64,000 nucleotides of DNA from Candidatus Latescibacterota bacterium (GCA_965208125.1 OZ242320.1:4928001-4992000), one strand, 5' to 3'. Shown: positions 46,846 to 56,802, counted from the stretch's first letter. The notes: generated by a model from the letters alone, not told the origin. Translations and numbers: made by a program.

Positions 46846-49017
46846 ATGTCTTCGATTCTCGATGGATTAAATGATGGACAACGCGAAGCTGTACAGGCTG
46901 TAGATGGCCCGGTACTCATTCTCGCGGGGGCGGGGTCCGGCAAAACGCGTGTTTTGACACGGCGCATCGCCTATCTGTTGAGTGAATGCGGTGTTGATCC
47001 GCGCCAGATTCTGGCGATGACCTTTACCAATAAGGCCGCCGGGGAAATGCGCGAGCGGGTCGAAGATCTCCTGCATCGTTCGTGCAAAACCATGTGGATC
47101 GGTACATTCCACAGTTTGTGTGCGCGTCTTTTGCGATCACAGGCCGAACGGGTGGGACTGAGGTCCAACTTTACGATTTACGATGCAACAGATCAACTCG
47201 CACTTCTGCGACGGGTTATTGCCGATGAAGAACTTTCCGAACGCGATTTCCCTGCGCGTTTGATTCGCACGAGGATCAGCCAGGCGAAAAATCAGATGGT
47301 GGGAGTTGATGTGTTTGCCCAGCGTGCGAGCACATTTCGGGAGCAAACAATCGCGCGGGTTTTCCGCCACTATCAGGATGCCCTGAAGCAAAATAATGCT
47401 GTTGATTTTGATGATTTGTTGACATTGAGCGTGGAGTTAATCCGCGACCACGAAGATGTGCGTCAAACCTATCAGACGCAGTTTTCACATATTTTAATTG
47501 ACGAGTATCAGGATACCAATCGCCCACAATACCTTTTTGCCCGTTATCTGGCTGAAGAGCATCAAAATATATGTGTTGTTGGCGATGACGATCAGAGTAT
47601 CTATGCATGGCGCGGCGCAGATATTCGCAATATTCTCGATTTTGAAGCCGATTATCCCAACGCGCTTGTCGTCCGTCTGGAGCAAAACTACCGTTCGACG
47701 CAGGTTATTCTGGATGCTGGCAATGCCCTGATTCGCCACAATGCGGGGCGCAAGGGAAAGGAACTCTGGACAGATCGCGCGGGGGGCGAGAAAATCCGTC
47801 TGAAAAGATGTGCCGATGAAGCAGAAGAAGCCCGCTGGATCGCCGGCGTTGCACGAGACTTTAAGCGCACATATACCTACCGAGATATGGCGGTGCTATA
47901 TCGCACCAATGCACAGTCTCGCGCCCTTGAAGAAGGTTTTAGACGCGCCAATATCCCGTATCAAATCGTGGGCGATGTGCGATTTTACGAGCGCAAGGAA
48001 GTCAAGGATGTGCTCGCATATCTCAAATTGGTGGTCAATCCGCGCGATTCCATCAGTTTTTGGCGCGTGATTAACACACCGCGCCGCGGCATTGGGGCGA
48101 CATCTACAGGACGGCTCGATGAGTTTGCCATGCGCGAGGGGTTTGCGCCCTATGAAGCACTTGCACATTTAGACGTTATTGACGCGATTCCGAAACGCAC
48201 AGCCCACGCGATGCAGCAGTTTTACGACATGATCGAGGAGTTTCGCGTGGATATGGAGACGATACCAGCGGATGAACTCGCGGAAAAAATTGTCGATGAA
48301 ACAGGATATTTGCGTGATTTTGAGAAACTTCTGCCAGAAGAACAGATGTCGCGAAGAGATCATGTCGCGGAATTGTTGACGGATATTCAGATTTTTGTCG
48401 AACAGTCGGACGATGTCTCTTTAGAGGCGTATTTGCGGAAAGTTTCGCTGGTGACAGATGTGGATCAGTGGGAAAACGCCGCCAATTCGGTCACGTTGAT
48501 GACTCTGCACAGTGCTAAGGGATTGGAATTTCCCATTGTATTTGTTGTTGGCCTTGAAGAAGGGCTGTTTCCGATTTTGCGACCCGCTGGCGACGAGGGG
48601 GATTGGGAAGATGCTTTAGAAGAGGAACGCCGTCTTTTTTACGTGGGCATTACCCGCGCCCAGGATCGGCTCTTTTTGTCCTATGCGATGCGAAGACAAC
48701 GATACGGCGGTGCGGTGGCCTGCTCTGCCTCGCAGTTTTTGTCCGAAATCCCCGAAGATCTGCTCGATGCTGGTTTTAGGATCAGTGAAGTCAGTAGCAT
48801 TCCACGCCGAAAATCGGGCCGAGTACCCGCCCGTCGAGTCAACCCGAGAGAACCGTTTTTAATGGATGTCGGATCGTGGGTTGTACATCCCGCCTGGGGG
48901 CGTGGACAGATTCAAAGCCGCGCTGGATCGGGGCAAACGGCCAGACTCAAAGTGCGATTCGATGGTGGAAACGTCAAGACCCTCATGGTCAAATATGCCA
49001 ATCTTCAGCCAGGATAG
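46846..49017 (+). CDS. pcrA: UvrD/PcrA DNA helicase
   Basis: AGAGSGKT, TFTNKAA, DEYQDTN, GDDDQSIY, LEQNYRS, TLHSAKGLEF, EEERRLFYVGITRA and a C-terminal Tudor-like domain. Confidence 0.96.
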   Translation: MSSILDGLNDGQREAVQAVDGPVLILAGAGSGKTRVLTRRIAYLLSECGVDPRQILAMTFTNKAAGEMRERVEDLLHRSCKTMWIGTFHSLCARLLRSQAERVGLRSNFTIYDATDQLALLRRVIADEELSERDFPARLIRTRISQAKNQMVGVDVFAQRASTFREQTIARVFRHYQDALKQNNAVDFDDLLTLSVELIRDHEDVRQTYQTQFSHILIDEYQDTNRPQYLFARYLAEEHQNICVVGDDDQSIYAWRGADIRNILDFEADYPNALVVRLEQNYRSTQVILDAGNALIRHNAGRKGKELWTDRAGGEKIRLKRCADEAEEARWIAGVARDFKRTYTYRDMAVLYRTNAQSRALEEGFRRANIPYQIVGDVRFYERKEVKDVLAYLKLVVNPRDSISFWRVINTPRRGIGATSTGRLDEFAMREGFAPYEALAHLDVIDAIPKRTAHAMQQFYDMIEEFRVDMETIPADELAEKIVDETGYLRDFEKLLPEEQMSRRDHVAELLTDIQIFVEQSDDVSLEAYLRKVSLVTDVDQWENAANSVTLMTLHSAKGLEFPIVFVVGLEEGLFPILRPAGDEGDWEDALEEERRLFYVGITRAQDRLFLSYAMRRQRYGGAVACSASQFLSEIPEDLLDAGFRISEVSSIPRRKSGRVPARRVNPREPFLMDVGSWVVHPAWGRGQIQSRAGSGQTARLKVRFDGGNVKTLMVKYANLQPG

Positions 49018-49025
49018 GACTCCCT

Positions 49026-49313
49026 ATGCCTGTTTCAAAAGATGATGTGCGAAAAGTGGCGCAACTTGCGCGCTTGAACTTTGCGCCTGAAGAAGAGGCG
49101 CAACTAATTGACGACTTGAACCGCATGCTCGAATATGTTGCGGCACTTGATCAACTCGATACAACAGAGGTCTCCCCAACAGCGCATGTACTCCCCCTGG
49201 AAAATGCGTTTCGGGACGATGTAATGGGGCAATCGTTGGATCGGTCGGACGCGCTGGCGAATGCCCCACTTTCCGGCCAAGGTCACTTCCGCGTCCCCAG
49301 AGTAATTGAATAA
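49026..49313 (+). CDS. gatC: Asp/Glu-tRNA amidotransferase subunit C
   Basis: VRKVAQLARL, LDTTEVSPT, FRDD and ALANAP...FRVPRVIE. Confidence 0.95.
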   Translation: MPVSKDDVRKVAQLARLNFAPEEEAQLIDDLNRMLEYVAALDQLDTTEVSPTAHVLPLENAFRDDVMGQSLDRSDALANAPLSGQGHFRVPRVIE

Positions 49314-49322
49314 GCACAAGTG

Positions 49323-49352
49323 TCGGCAGTGAACTCCTGCCGATTTTCTTTT
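49323..49352 (+). terminator. Terminator-like hairpin between gatC and pyrG
   Basis: TCGGCAG-TGAACTC-CTGCCGA followed by TTTTCTTTT. Confidence 0.6.
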
Positions 49353-49376
49353 GTCGAACACAGATGGAGGCACATT

Positions 49377-51158
49377 GTGAAAAAAAATGATCGCGAACCA
49401 AAATACATCGTGGTTGCCGGGGGGGTGATCAGTGGCGTGGGGAAAGGACTCGCCACGGCTTCTATCGGTAAAATTTTGCAGTATTACGGCTATAAAACCA
49501 CGGCCATAAAAATTGATCCCTATTTGAATTACGATGCCGGAACACTCAGGCCTACAGAACACGGTGAGGTGTGGGTCACGGATGACGGGGGCGAGATCGA
49601 TCTCGATTTGGGCAACTATGAGCGGTTTCTCGGCTTGGATTTGCCCCGCACAAACAATCTTACAACCGGACAAATTTACCACGCGGTTATCGAGCGTGAG
49701 CGACGGGGCGAATATCTCGGGCAGACCGTTCAGCCGATCCCACATATTACCGACGAGATCAAAGATCGGGTTCAGAATGCTGCGCAGGGGACCGATATCG
49801 CGCTGGTCGAAATTGGCGGCACCATTGGCGATGATGAGAATATCCCATTTTTCTTTGCAATGAAGGGCCTGGAACGGGAAATTGGCGAGGCCAATATTAT
49901 GTATGTGCTGGTTAGCTATTTACCCGTGCCCGACCACATCAACGAGATGAAGACCAAACCCACGCAACACGCGGTCAAGCTTCTCAGCGGGCATGGCATG
50001 GTGCCCGACTTTATTATTTGTCGCGCCACGCGACCAATTGATGAGGTGCGAAAACGCAAAATTGAGGTTTCGGCCAATATTCCAAAAGATCGCATTATTT
50101 CTGCACCAGATCTGGATATCGTGTATCAGGTTCCGATCCATTATGAAAGCGAGCAAGTAGGTGTTAAAATGCTCGCACATCTGGGTCTGGAACCAAAAAA
50201 AGAACCCGACTGGACGCGGTGGACGCATTTGGTACAGACGATTCGTCAGCCTTCACAGACGGTTAAAGTCGCGATGGTCGGGAAATACGTCGAGATCGGC
50301 GATTACGAATTTACAGATTCGTACATTTCAGTGAACCAATCTCTCGAACACGCCGGTGCTAATTTAGACACGCGCATCGATATTTCCTGGATTGATTCGG
50401 CCAGCCTCGAAATGGGGGGGGGCGAAGATGTGCTTGGAGAATTTGATGGCATTATTGTGCCTGGTGCTTTTGGGGAGGGGGGGGCTGAAGGGGTGATTGA
50501 AGCCATTCGCTATGCGCGAGAAAATGATCTGCCATTCCTCGGGCTGTGTTATGGACTTCAGATGGCCATTGTTGAATATGCGAGAAACGTGGTGGGATTG
50601 AAAGATGCCAATTCGGCTGAAAATGACCCCGATACGCCTCATGCTGTGATCGATATTCAGATGAGCCAACGAGAAATTATTGAAGAAAGCCGTTTTGGCG
50701 GTACAATGCGTCTGGGAGGATATGTGGCCGTACTGCGCCGAGAGAGTGTCGTGCTCGACCTGTATGAACGCACGGGGCGCCTGGAGGAAGACGCTTGGCG
50801 CGTTGATCAACTGAGAAAGAATCCGGCTGAGGCTTTCCGCCTGGGTGTTCTTCTCGAAAGCGAGCGCTGTGTGATTGAACGCCATCGCCATCGCTATGAA
50901 GTATCGCCCAAATTTGTCGATTTGCTCGATGAATTTGGCCTGATTTTTTCCGGGTATCACCGCCGCGAGGATGGCACCAAACTGATGGAATTTATCGAGT
51001 TACCCGATCATCCTTTTTTTGTGGCTACGCAAGCCCATCCCGAATTTAAGTCGCGCCTCGAACAACCAGCCCCTTTATTTTACGGTTTTGTAGAAGCTGT
51101 TGTCGCTCACACAAAGGCACGAGTTGGTGATGCGTCGGTTTCTGAAAAAAGCATCTGA
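49377..51158 (+). CDS. pyrG: CTP synthase (divergent type)
   Basis: GGVISGVGKG, KIDPY, HGEV, KTKPTQH, GLCYG, ERHRHRYE and QAHPEF motifs. GTG start after GGAGG. Confidence 0.96.
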   Translation: MKKNDREPKYIVVAGGVISGVGKGLATASIGKILQYYGYKTTAIKIDPYLNYDAGTLRPTEHGEVWVTDDGGEIDLDLGNYERFLGLDLPRTNNLTTGQIYHAVIERERRGEYLGQTVQPIPHITDEIKDRVQNAAQGTDIALVEIGGTIGDDENIPFFFAMKGLEREIGEANIMYVLVSYLPVPDHINEMKTKPTQHAVKLLSGHGMVPDFIICRATRPIDEVRKRKIEVSANIPKDRIISAPDLDIVYQVPIHYESEQVGVKMLAHLGLEPKKEPDWTRWTHLVQTIRQPSQTVKVAMVGKYVEIGDYEFTDSYISVNQSLEHAGANLDTRIDISWIDSASLEMGGGEDVLGEFDGIIVPGAFGEGGAEGVIEAIRYARENDLPFLGLCYGLQMAIVEYARNVVGLKDANSAENDPDTPHAVIDIQMSQREIIEESRFGGTMRLGGYVAVLRRESVVLDLYERTGRLEEDAWRVDQLRKNPAEAFRLGVLLESERCVIERHRHRYEVSPKFVDLLDEFGLIFSGYHRREDGTKLMEFIELPDHPFFVATQAHPEFKSRLEQPAPLFYGFVEAVVAHTKARVGDASVSEKSI

Positions 51159-51663
51159 GGTTCTGTTATGCGCCCTGTGTGCCTGCGCCTCAGCTGACCG
51201 GATAGAGCAGGCTGCGAATGAAGCACCGGTTAACCGAGAAATGTGGCACTGGTCCACGCACATTACAGATCGCGGCAAATCCCGGGCGCAGGTCCGAGCT
51301 GGCTCTTTTCAACAGGTGTCGGAAAATGAACCCGCCCGATTTTCCGATGGGGTTCGGGTTGTATTTTTTAATTCCCAGGGCGATACAGTTTCCACGCTGA
51401 GTGCTGAAAGGGGCGAAATTAACGCATCGGGCGACGATATGAAAGTATATGAATCCGTCGTTGTCGTGGCGCGAGACTGTACGCAACTACAAACGGATTC
51501 GCTGCGTTGGCAGCGCGATGAGAATCGCATTATGGGCGAGGGCTTTGTGACGATTTCTCGGCCCGATGGTACAGAGACAGGGGTGGGTTTTAATGCTTCA
51601 TCAGACCTGAAACAGTGGACGCTTTTGTTTGTTAATACGCGAATGAGACGCAAAAAGCCGTGA
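51130..51663 (+). CDS. lptC: LPS export protein LptC
   Basis: V.FFN..G..VSTLSAERG, LQTDSL.W and G.GF.AS..L motifs, plus position before lptA/lptB. Confidence 0.8.
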   Translation: MRRFLKKASEVLLCALCACASADRIEQAANEAPVNREMWHWSTHITDRGKSRAQVRAGSFQQVSENEPARFSDGVRVVFFNSQGDTVSTLSAERGEINASGDDMKVYESVVVVARDCTQLQTDSLRWQRDENRIMGEGFVTISRPDGTETGVGFNASSDLKQWTLLFVNTRMRRKKP

Positions 51664-52973
51664 AAAATATCAGACATTATTTTATTTTGCGATTAGAACT
51701 CCGGGGCTTTCTCGGAGTTCTGCTTATATGCACCTGCACGGAGGTATATGCCGAGCAGAAGCTCAGAGCAGATTGGGTGGAAACGCTGCTTTTGAACGAC
51801 CAGACGCAGCGCAATTACCGCGGGAGCGTGGTGTATGAAGACAGCTTGCGCCAACTTATTGTAAAAGCCGATTCTGCACATGTGCGCATTGGGGATGCGA
51901 CCTATCTTTTTGTACATCAGGTGAGTTACAAAGACACGGTGCGAGAAATTCGTGCCGATACACTCGTTTTCCAGGACCGCGAAGACCTCGCGACGTTTCG
52001 GGGGCATGTCTTTCTAAGCGACGATCGGCGCACGCTTGAGGCGCGTATCGTGCGATTTTTGAGCAAAGAGGACTCGCTCGTTGCCGAGGGTGATGTCGTC
52101 CTTCTGTTGCCCGAAGGCCGCAGACTTCGCGCTTCCCAATTGCGCTACGATTTGATCCGCGAGCGCGGAAATCTGCAGGGCCAGACGCAATTGCAAGTGG
52201 TAGGGGAACGAGGCGATACCCTTGAGGCGCAGTCCGATTCCATTGCCTTTGTCGATCGAGGGCAAGAGCTCTTTCTCAATGGCAACTTCATCTTGCGACA
52301 GGGATACACGCGAGGAAAAGCCATGTCTGGTGCGTACGCGGATTCTGTGATGGTACTTTCTGGTAGTCCCTTGATGACCTGGTCCAATCCCGCTAACCGC
52401 GATTCCGTTTCTGCACAGGGCGAAAAAATTCTTATGGAAATGTCCGATCAGACCATTGGTGCGCTGGAGCTTTCGGATAGCACCCTCATCCATGCCATGG
52501 CTCTTGCCAATGGTCATTCGCAAAAAATACACTCAGATTCTGCTCGGATTGTCTTTCGTGACGAAACCCCGCAGCGCATGCACGCATGGGGAAATGTAAT
52601 GCTCGATCTAAGCGAGCGAGATACGTCGCGGGCAGTACTGTCTGGCGGCGATCTCAGATTGGCCTATCGAGATGGAGAACTGGATAGTTTGACGCTGTCT
52701 GGTGGATGCCTCGGTTCTTATACTGCCCGGGATAGCCTATCGGAAAGCCGCCTGGGAGGCAAGCGGTGTGTGTTGTGGTTTGCCAATGGGGAGTTAGACC
52801 AGATGGCAATTTTCGATGAAGCACATTGCACGCGGGTTACGAAAGATAGCGACGATGTAACGGTTTCTGGGGATTATCTCCTGTTGAAATTTGACCCCGA
52901 GAAATTGTTATCTATCCGAGCTGAGGGGGATGTACGAGGGCACTATACCGCCGAATTGGAGGATGCGCCGTGA
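51660..52973 (+). CDS. Extended LptA/OstA-like beta-jellyroll protein
   Basis: Repeated ADS/AD..+GxV OstA-like units, located between lptC and lptB. Confidence 0.7.
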   Translation: MKNIRHYFILRLELRGFLGVLLICTCTEVYAEQKLRADWVETLLLNDQTQRNYRGSVVYEDSLRQLIVKADSAHVRIGDATYLFVHQVSYKDTVREIRADTLVFQDREDLATFRGHVFLSDDRRTLEARIVRFLSKEDSLVAEGDVVLLLPEGRRLRASQLRYDLIRERGNLQGQTQLQVVGERGDTLEAQSDSIAFVDRGQELFLNGNFILRQGYTRGKAMSGAYADSVMVLSGSPLMTWSNPANRDSVSAQGEKILMEMSDQTIGALELSDSTLIHAMALANGHSQKIHSDSARIVFRDETPQRMHAWGNVMLDLSERDTSRAVLSGGDLRLAYRDGELDSLTLSGGCLGSYTARDSLSESRLGGKRCVLWFANGELDQMAIFDEAHCTRVTKDSDDVTVSGDYLLLKFDPEKLLSIRAEGDVRGHYTAELEDAP

Positions 52974-53695
52974 ACCTGCGAGCCGAGGGTCTGGTCAAAA
53001 AATACGCGCGTCGTCTGGTTGTCAATCAGGTCAACTTGATCGTCAATCCCGGCGAAATTGTCGGACTCTTAGGGCCTAATGGCGCGGGAAAAACGACGTG
53101 TTTTTACCTCATTGTCGGCGCAATTTCGTCAAATGCCGGATACATTTTTTTGGGTGATCAAGACATCACGGCATTGCCGATGTATCGCCGCGCGCGACTG
53201 GGCATAGGCTATCTGGCGCAAGAATCTACGGTTTTTAGAAAGATGACCGTGCTGGAAAATGTCCTATCCGTCCTCGAATACGAGAAAATGGGTAAGGTAG
53301 AACGGTTAGACCGCGCCCACAAGGTATTGGGAGACCTGGGAGTTGGTCATTTATCGCACCAACGCGCAGATAGTTTGTCGGGGGGAGAAACGCGCCGGCT
53401 GGAAATTGCGCGGGCACTCTCTCGAGATCCGCTCTTTATGCTGCTCGACGAACCTTTTGCCGGCGTGGATCCGCGTGCGGTGGAAGATATTCAGAATATT
53501 ATCGCCGAACTAAAACACCGCAATATCGGGGTTTTGATTACCGATCACAATGTGCGAGAAACTCTCGCAATTACAGATCGTTCCTATTTGCTTTCTGAGG
53601 GAAAGATTCTTCTCTCAGGTACACCCCGGGCATTGGCAGCAAGCGACGAGGCACGTCGCATTTATCTGGGCGACCGGTTTCGCCTCGATTCGTGA
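52970..53695 (+). CDS. lptB: LPS export ABC ATPase LptB
   Basis: GPNGAGKT, PMYRRARLGIGYL, LSGGE, LDEPFAGVDP, ITDHNVRETL and YLGDRF motifs. Confidence 0.97.
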   Translation: MNLRAEGLVKKYARRLVVNQVNLIVNPGEIVGLLGPNGAGKTTCFYLIVGAISSNAGYIFLGDQDITALPMYRRARLGIGYLAQESTVFRKMTVLENVLSVLEYEKMGKVERLDRAHKVLGDLGVGHLSHQRADSLSGGETRRLEIARALSRDPLFMLLDEPFAGVDPRAVEDIQNIIAELKHRNIGVLITDHNVRETLAITDRSYLLSEGKILLSGTPRALAASDEARRIYLGDRFRLDS

Positions 53696-53712
53696 CAAAT
53701 TTAGAAAAAGGG

Positions 53713-53742
53713 TTTACAACCCTCTTCGTTATTTGTTATTAT
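53713..53742 (+). promoter_or_regulatory. Internal sigma70 promoter upstream of MOSC-rpoN
   Basis: TTTACA-18bp-TATTAT with extended TG. Confidence 0.5.
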
Positions 53743-53786
53743 TTAAAGTTGTCTCTTCCACTTACTGAACGCTGATGAGGACAAAA

Positions 53787-54335
53787 ATGAAACATGTAAC
53801 GCTGGCAGAACTGGAAGCGGGATTAGAAAATATCCGTCAGTCGCCCACAAATGTGGGCGTGTTAGAATTGATTGTGCGCCGACCACAGATTGAGGCGAGG
53901 GAGGTCCTGAAAGTTGGCGAACTCGATCTGGTTGAAGGACTCGTGGGCGACAACTGGAAAACACGCGGCAGTTCTCAAACCGCCGATGGGTCAGCCCATC
54001 CAGACATGCAACTCAACATCATGAACGCACGCGTGATTGCCCTATTAGCACCGAAAAAAGAGCGTTGGGCACTGGCGGGAGATCAGTTGTATATGGACCT
54101 CGATTTGAGCGAGGAGAATGTGCCGCCGGGCACCCGGCTGAGTCTGGGAGATGCAGTGATCGAAGTTACAGATCAACCCCATACGGGCTGTAAAAAATTT
54201 GCTGAGCGTTTTGGATTGGATGCACTAAAATTTATTAGTTCTCCCGTGGGTAAACAGCTTCAGTTGCGCGGGATCAATGCAAAGGTTATTCGCTCTGGCG
54301 CGATACAGATTGGCGATACTGTAAAGAAAGTGTAA
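53787..54335 (+). CDS. MOSC domain protein
   Basis: GLVGD.W, LAGDQL..DLDLSE.N.PPGTRL, PHTGCKKF..RFG and LRGINAKV motifs. Confidence 0.88.
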   Translation: MKHVTLAELEAGLENIRQSPTNVGVLELIVRRPQIEAREVLKVGELDLVEGLVGDNWKTRGSSQTADGSAHPDMQLNIMNARVIALLAPKKERWALAGDQLYMDLDLSEENVPPGTRLSLGDAVIEVTDQPHTGCKKFAERFGLDALKFISSPVGKQLQLRGINAKVIRSGAIQIGDTVKKV

Positions 54336-54338
54336 TCT

Positions 54339-55829
54339 ATGATTGGTCTTGATCATACACAATCTCAGTTACTTCAGCAAAAACTGGCACCGCAACTCAT
54401 CCAATCTTTGCGCCTGCTCCAATTGCCAACTCTGGAATTAGCGGAGTTAATTCAACAAGAATTGGAGATCAATCCACTTCTGGAAATTGACGAAGATGTT
54501 ACATTGGATTTGGAACAAGAAGAGCCCAAAGCTGAACTGGATGACGAAACCGAGAACGAAGACCAGGATGAGGAACCCGTTGAAGAGTTGGAATTTGAAG
54601 ACCCGGACCTGGATAAACTCAATTCAGACGTATTTGATGAACAAGACTGGGATCACTACTTAAATGAATCCGGGTATGCCAGCCCACGCGAAGAATTTGA
54701 ATCCAATACAGAAGACTGGCACAACGACAGGACCACTCAAAAAACGCTACGAGATTCACTTTTAGAACAGGTGGCAATCACGAATCTTTCACCGAGTGAT
54801 CGCATCATAGCCGAATACTTAATTGGCAATATTAGCGAAGATGGGTTTTTGGGATGTTCGACAGGGGAAGTGGCAGATGAGCTTGGGGTCAATCTCGATA
54901 ATGTGGAATGCGTTTTGGGCATTATCCAGACATTTGACCCGGTAGGTGTTGGTGCGCGAAACCTTCAAGAGTGTTTGTTGATTCAATTAAAAGAAAAAAA
55001 TATCACAAACGGTTTGGTTGCAAATGTGGTACACAATCACCTCGACGACTGGATCAACCGTCGTTTTAGCCAGATAAGTCAGGCACTCGATACAAGTGTG
55101 GATGATATGCGCGTTGTTGAAGAAGTCCTCGCATCGCTCAATCCCAAGCCCAATATTGAACTCGAACCCGCATTGAATCTCAACCATGTCATTCCCGACC
55201 TCGAAGTCCAAAAGGTCGGTGACGAGTACGTCGTTTCCCTGACCGACCACACCCTGCCCGAATTGCGGATTAGTCCAGTGTATCGCACCTTGCTCAGACA
55301 ATCGGACAAATCGGGGCGAAATGACCCAGAATTGCGAGAGACCAAAAAATTTGTCGTTGAAAAACTCAATTCTGCACGCTGGTTTATCAATGCAATTCAC
55401 CAAAGACGCGCAACCATGTTAAAGGTCATGCGATGTATTGTCGAAAATCAGGTTCAATTTTTCGAACGAGGACCTGGTTTTCTCAAGCCAATGGTGCTGC
55501 AAGAAGTAGCCGATATGGTGCAGATGCACATTTCGACCATCAGCCGCGTGAGCAATGGCAAATATGTGCAAACACCGCATGGCGTTTATGAGTTGAAATA
55601 TTTTTTCGATGGAGGATTGAGTCGATACGATGGCGACGATGTCTCTACCAGAAGTGTAAAAGAAAAAATCGCAAAGCTCATTGGCGATGAAGATGTGCAG
55701 AATCCATTGAGCGATCAACACATATCGACTATTCTCAAAAAAGAGGGCATTGACATCGCGCGGCGCACGGTCGCCAAATATCGCGATCAACTCAATATCA
55801 GCTCCGCGCGACTTCGGAAGGCACTTTAG
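54339..55829 (+). CDS. rpoN: RNA polymerase sigma-54 factor
   Basis: Q-rich region I, NPLLE, DPVGVGARNLQECL, HISTISR and the RpoN box ARRTVAKYR. Confidence 0.98.
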   Translation: MIGLDHTQSQLLQQKLAPQLIQSLRLLQLPTLELAELIQQELEINPLLEIDEDVTLDLEQEEPKAELDDETENEDQDEEPVEELEFEDPDLDKLNSDVFDEQDWDHYLNESGYASPREEFESNTEDWHNDRTTQKTLRDSLLEQVAITNLSPSDRIIAEYLIGNISEDGFLGCSTGEVADELGVNLDNVECVLGIIQTFDPVGVGARNLQECLLIQLKEKNITNGLVANVVHNHLDDWINRRFSQISQALDTSVDDMRVVEEVLASLNPKPNIELEPALNLNHVIPDLEVQKVGDEYVVSLTDHTLPELRISPVYRTLLRQSDKSGRNDPELRETKKFVVEKLNSARWFINAIHQRRATMLKVMRCIVENQVQFFERGPGFLKPMVLQEVADMVQMHISTISRVSNGKYVQTPHGVYELKYFFDGGLSRYDGDDVSTRSVKEKIAKLIGDEDVQNPLSDQHISTILKKEGIDIARRTVAKYRDQLNISSARLRKAL

Positions 55830-55922
55830 ACGAATCAACGGAGCGGGGTATAACTGCGCCAGCAGTTCATCAACGAATCAACGATAGCAGTTGGGTGGTT
55901 GGGCGGGATTCGTCTATTCGTT
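55829..55922. repeat. Composite intergenic repeat, copy B
   Basis: ACGAATCAACG x2 flanking the hairpin AACTGC/GCAGTT, with an inverted ATTCGTCTATTCGT at the right end. Confidence 0.6.
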
Positions 55923-56699
55923 TTAGTCTGTCTGTTGGGTACTGATTTCGTCTTCTGAGATTTTGTGTACACTTTTGGGATTAAAGGTCTGCTGGGTATT
56001 GATGCGAAGTGCAACTTCAATCCGTCCGCCAGTTAGCACAAAAAACTGAATTAGAAATCCGCCACCTTGCATGGTTTCAACCTGATAAGCGTCGATGTCT
56101 AATCCGTCGAGCAATAGGGGAAGGGTGGTTTCAAATCGCGGGTGTTGTGTAATATTGGGAGGCAACGCCATAATCAGGGTTCCCGGTTCCGTATTGAGAT
56201 AACCTCCAATGCGTTGTCGCGCGTTCACCATGTGAGAAATAACCTTGCATGCATAATCGAAATCATCTTCGCCGTTTCGACCTGGTGGTACTATACCCCA
56301 GGTGAGATGATGGATAAAGGGATTGCCGTATCCCTGCCCGAGCATCTGATTGAGCGCGGGTTGGTCAACGGGATGAACCACTGCGACATAGTGAAACCAG
56401 CCACGTGCGAGGGCGGGATGCCCGGTGGGCAAACCCGATGGCACATTGATATAATCCTGTTCATCGACGGGTGAGGGATAACACTTGGTGTCCCAGCCTG
56501 CAATATAACCCATTGTTTTTAGAGGTCCCGCTACGAGGTACGGAGGATCCGTAAAGATCGCTGCGTGGTCCATGTTGGGATACAATTTGACGCCGGCAGC
56601 AGAAATTTTTTCGGCGACTTGCAGGGCTTCGTCAAAGCGTTCAAATGCATTCTCGATTTGGAGAACTGTGTGAAAGTCTTCGGGTAATTTACAGTCCAT
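55923..56699 (-). CDS. Hypothetical protein, HPPD-C/VOC-fold-like metalloenzyme
   Basis: AGGAGG RBS before ATG 56699. Motifs MDHAAI, PFIHHLTW, GFLIQFF and RIEVALR follow the order seen in the HPPD C-terminal domain. Confidence 0.6.
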   Translation of the reverse strand: MDCKLPEDFHTVLQIENAFERFDEALQVAEKISAAGVKLYPNMDHAAIFTDPPYLVAGPLKTMGYIAGWDTKCYPSPVDEQDYINVPSGLPTGHPALARGWFHYVAVVHPVDQPALNQMLGQGYGNPFIHHLTWGIVPPGRNGEDDFDYACKVISHMVNARQRIGGYLNTEPGTLIMALPPNITQHPRFETTLPLLLDGLDIDAYQVETMQGGGFLIQFFVLTGGRIEVALRINTQQTFNPKSVHKISEDEISTQQTD

Positions 56700-56770
56700 A
56701 GTCTTATCCTCCTGTTGGTTAGACGACATAATCAATAACACGTTTTTCTTAGATACGTCAAGCATAAATG

Positions 56771-56802
56771 AATCCCGGTCACTTTGGTGGCCGGGATTTT
56801 TT
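56771..56802 (+). terminator. Plus-strand terminator-like hairpin
   Basis: AATCCCGGTCAC-TTTG-GTGGCCGGGATT followed by TTTT. Confidence 0.6.

Noticed and set aside
49314-49376. Bacillus-type pyrG reiterative-transcription attenuator
   Set aside because: There is no room for a promoter and GGGC leader before the hairpin; it is better explained as the gatC terminator.
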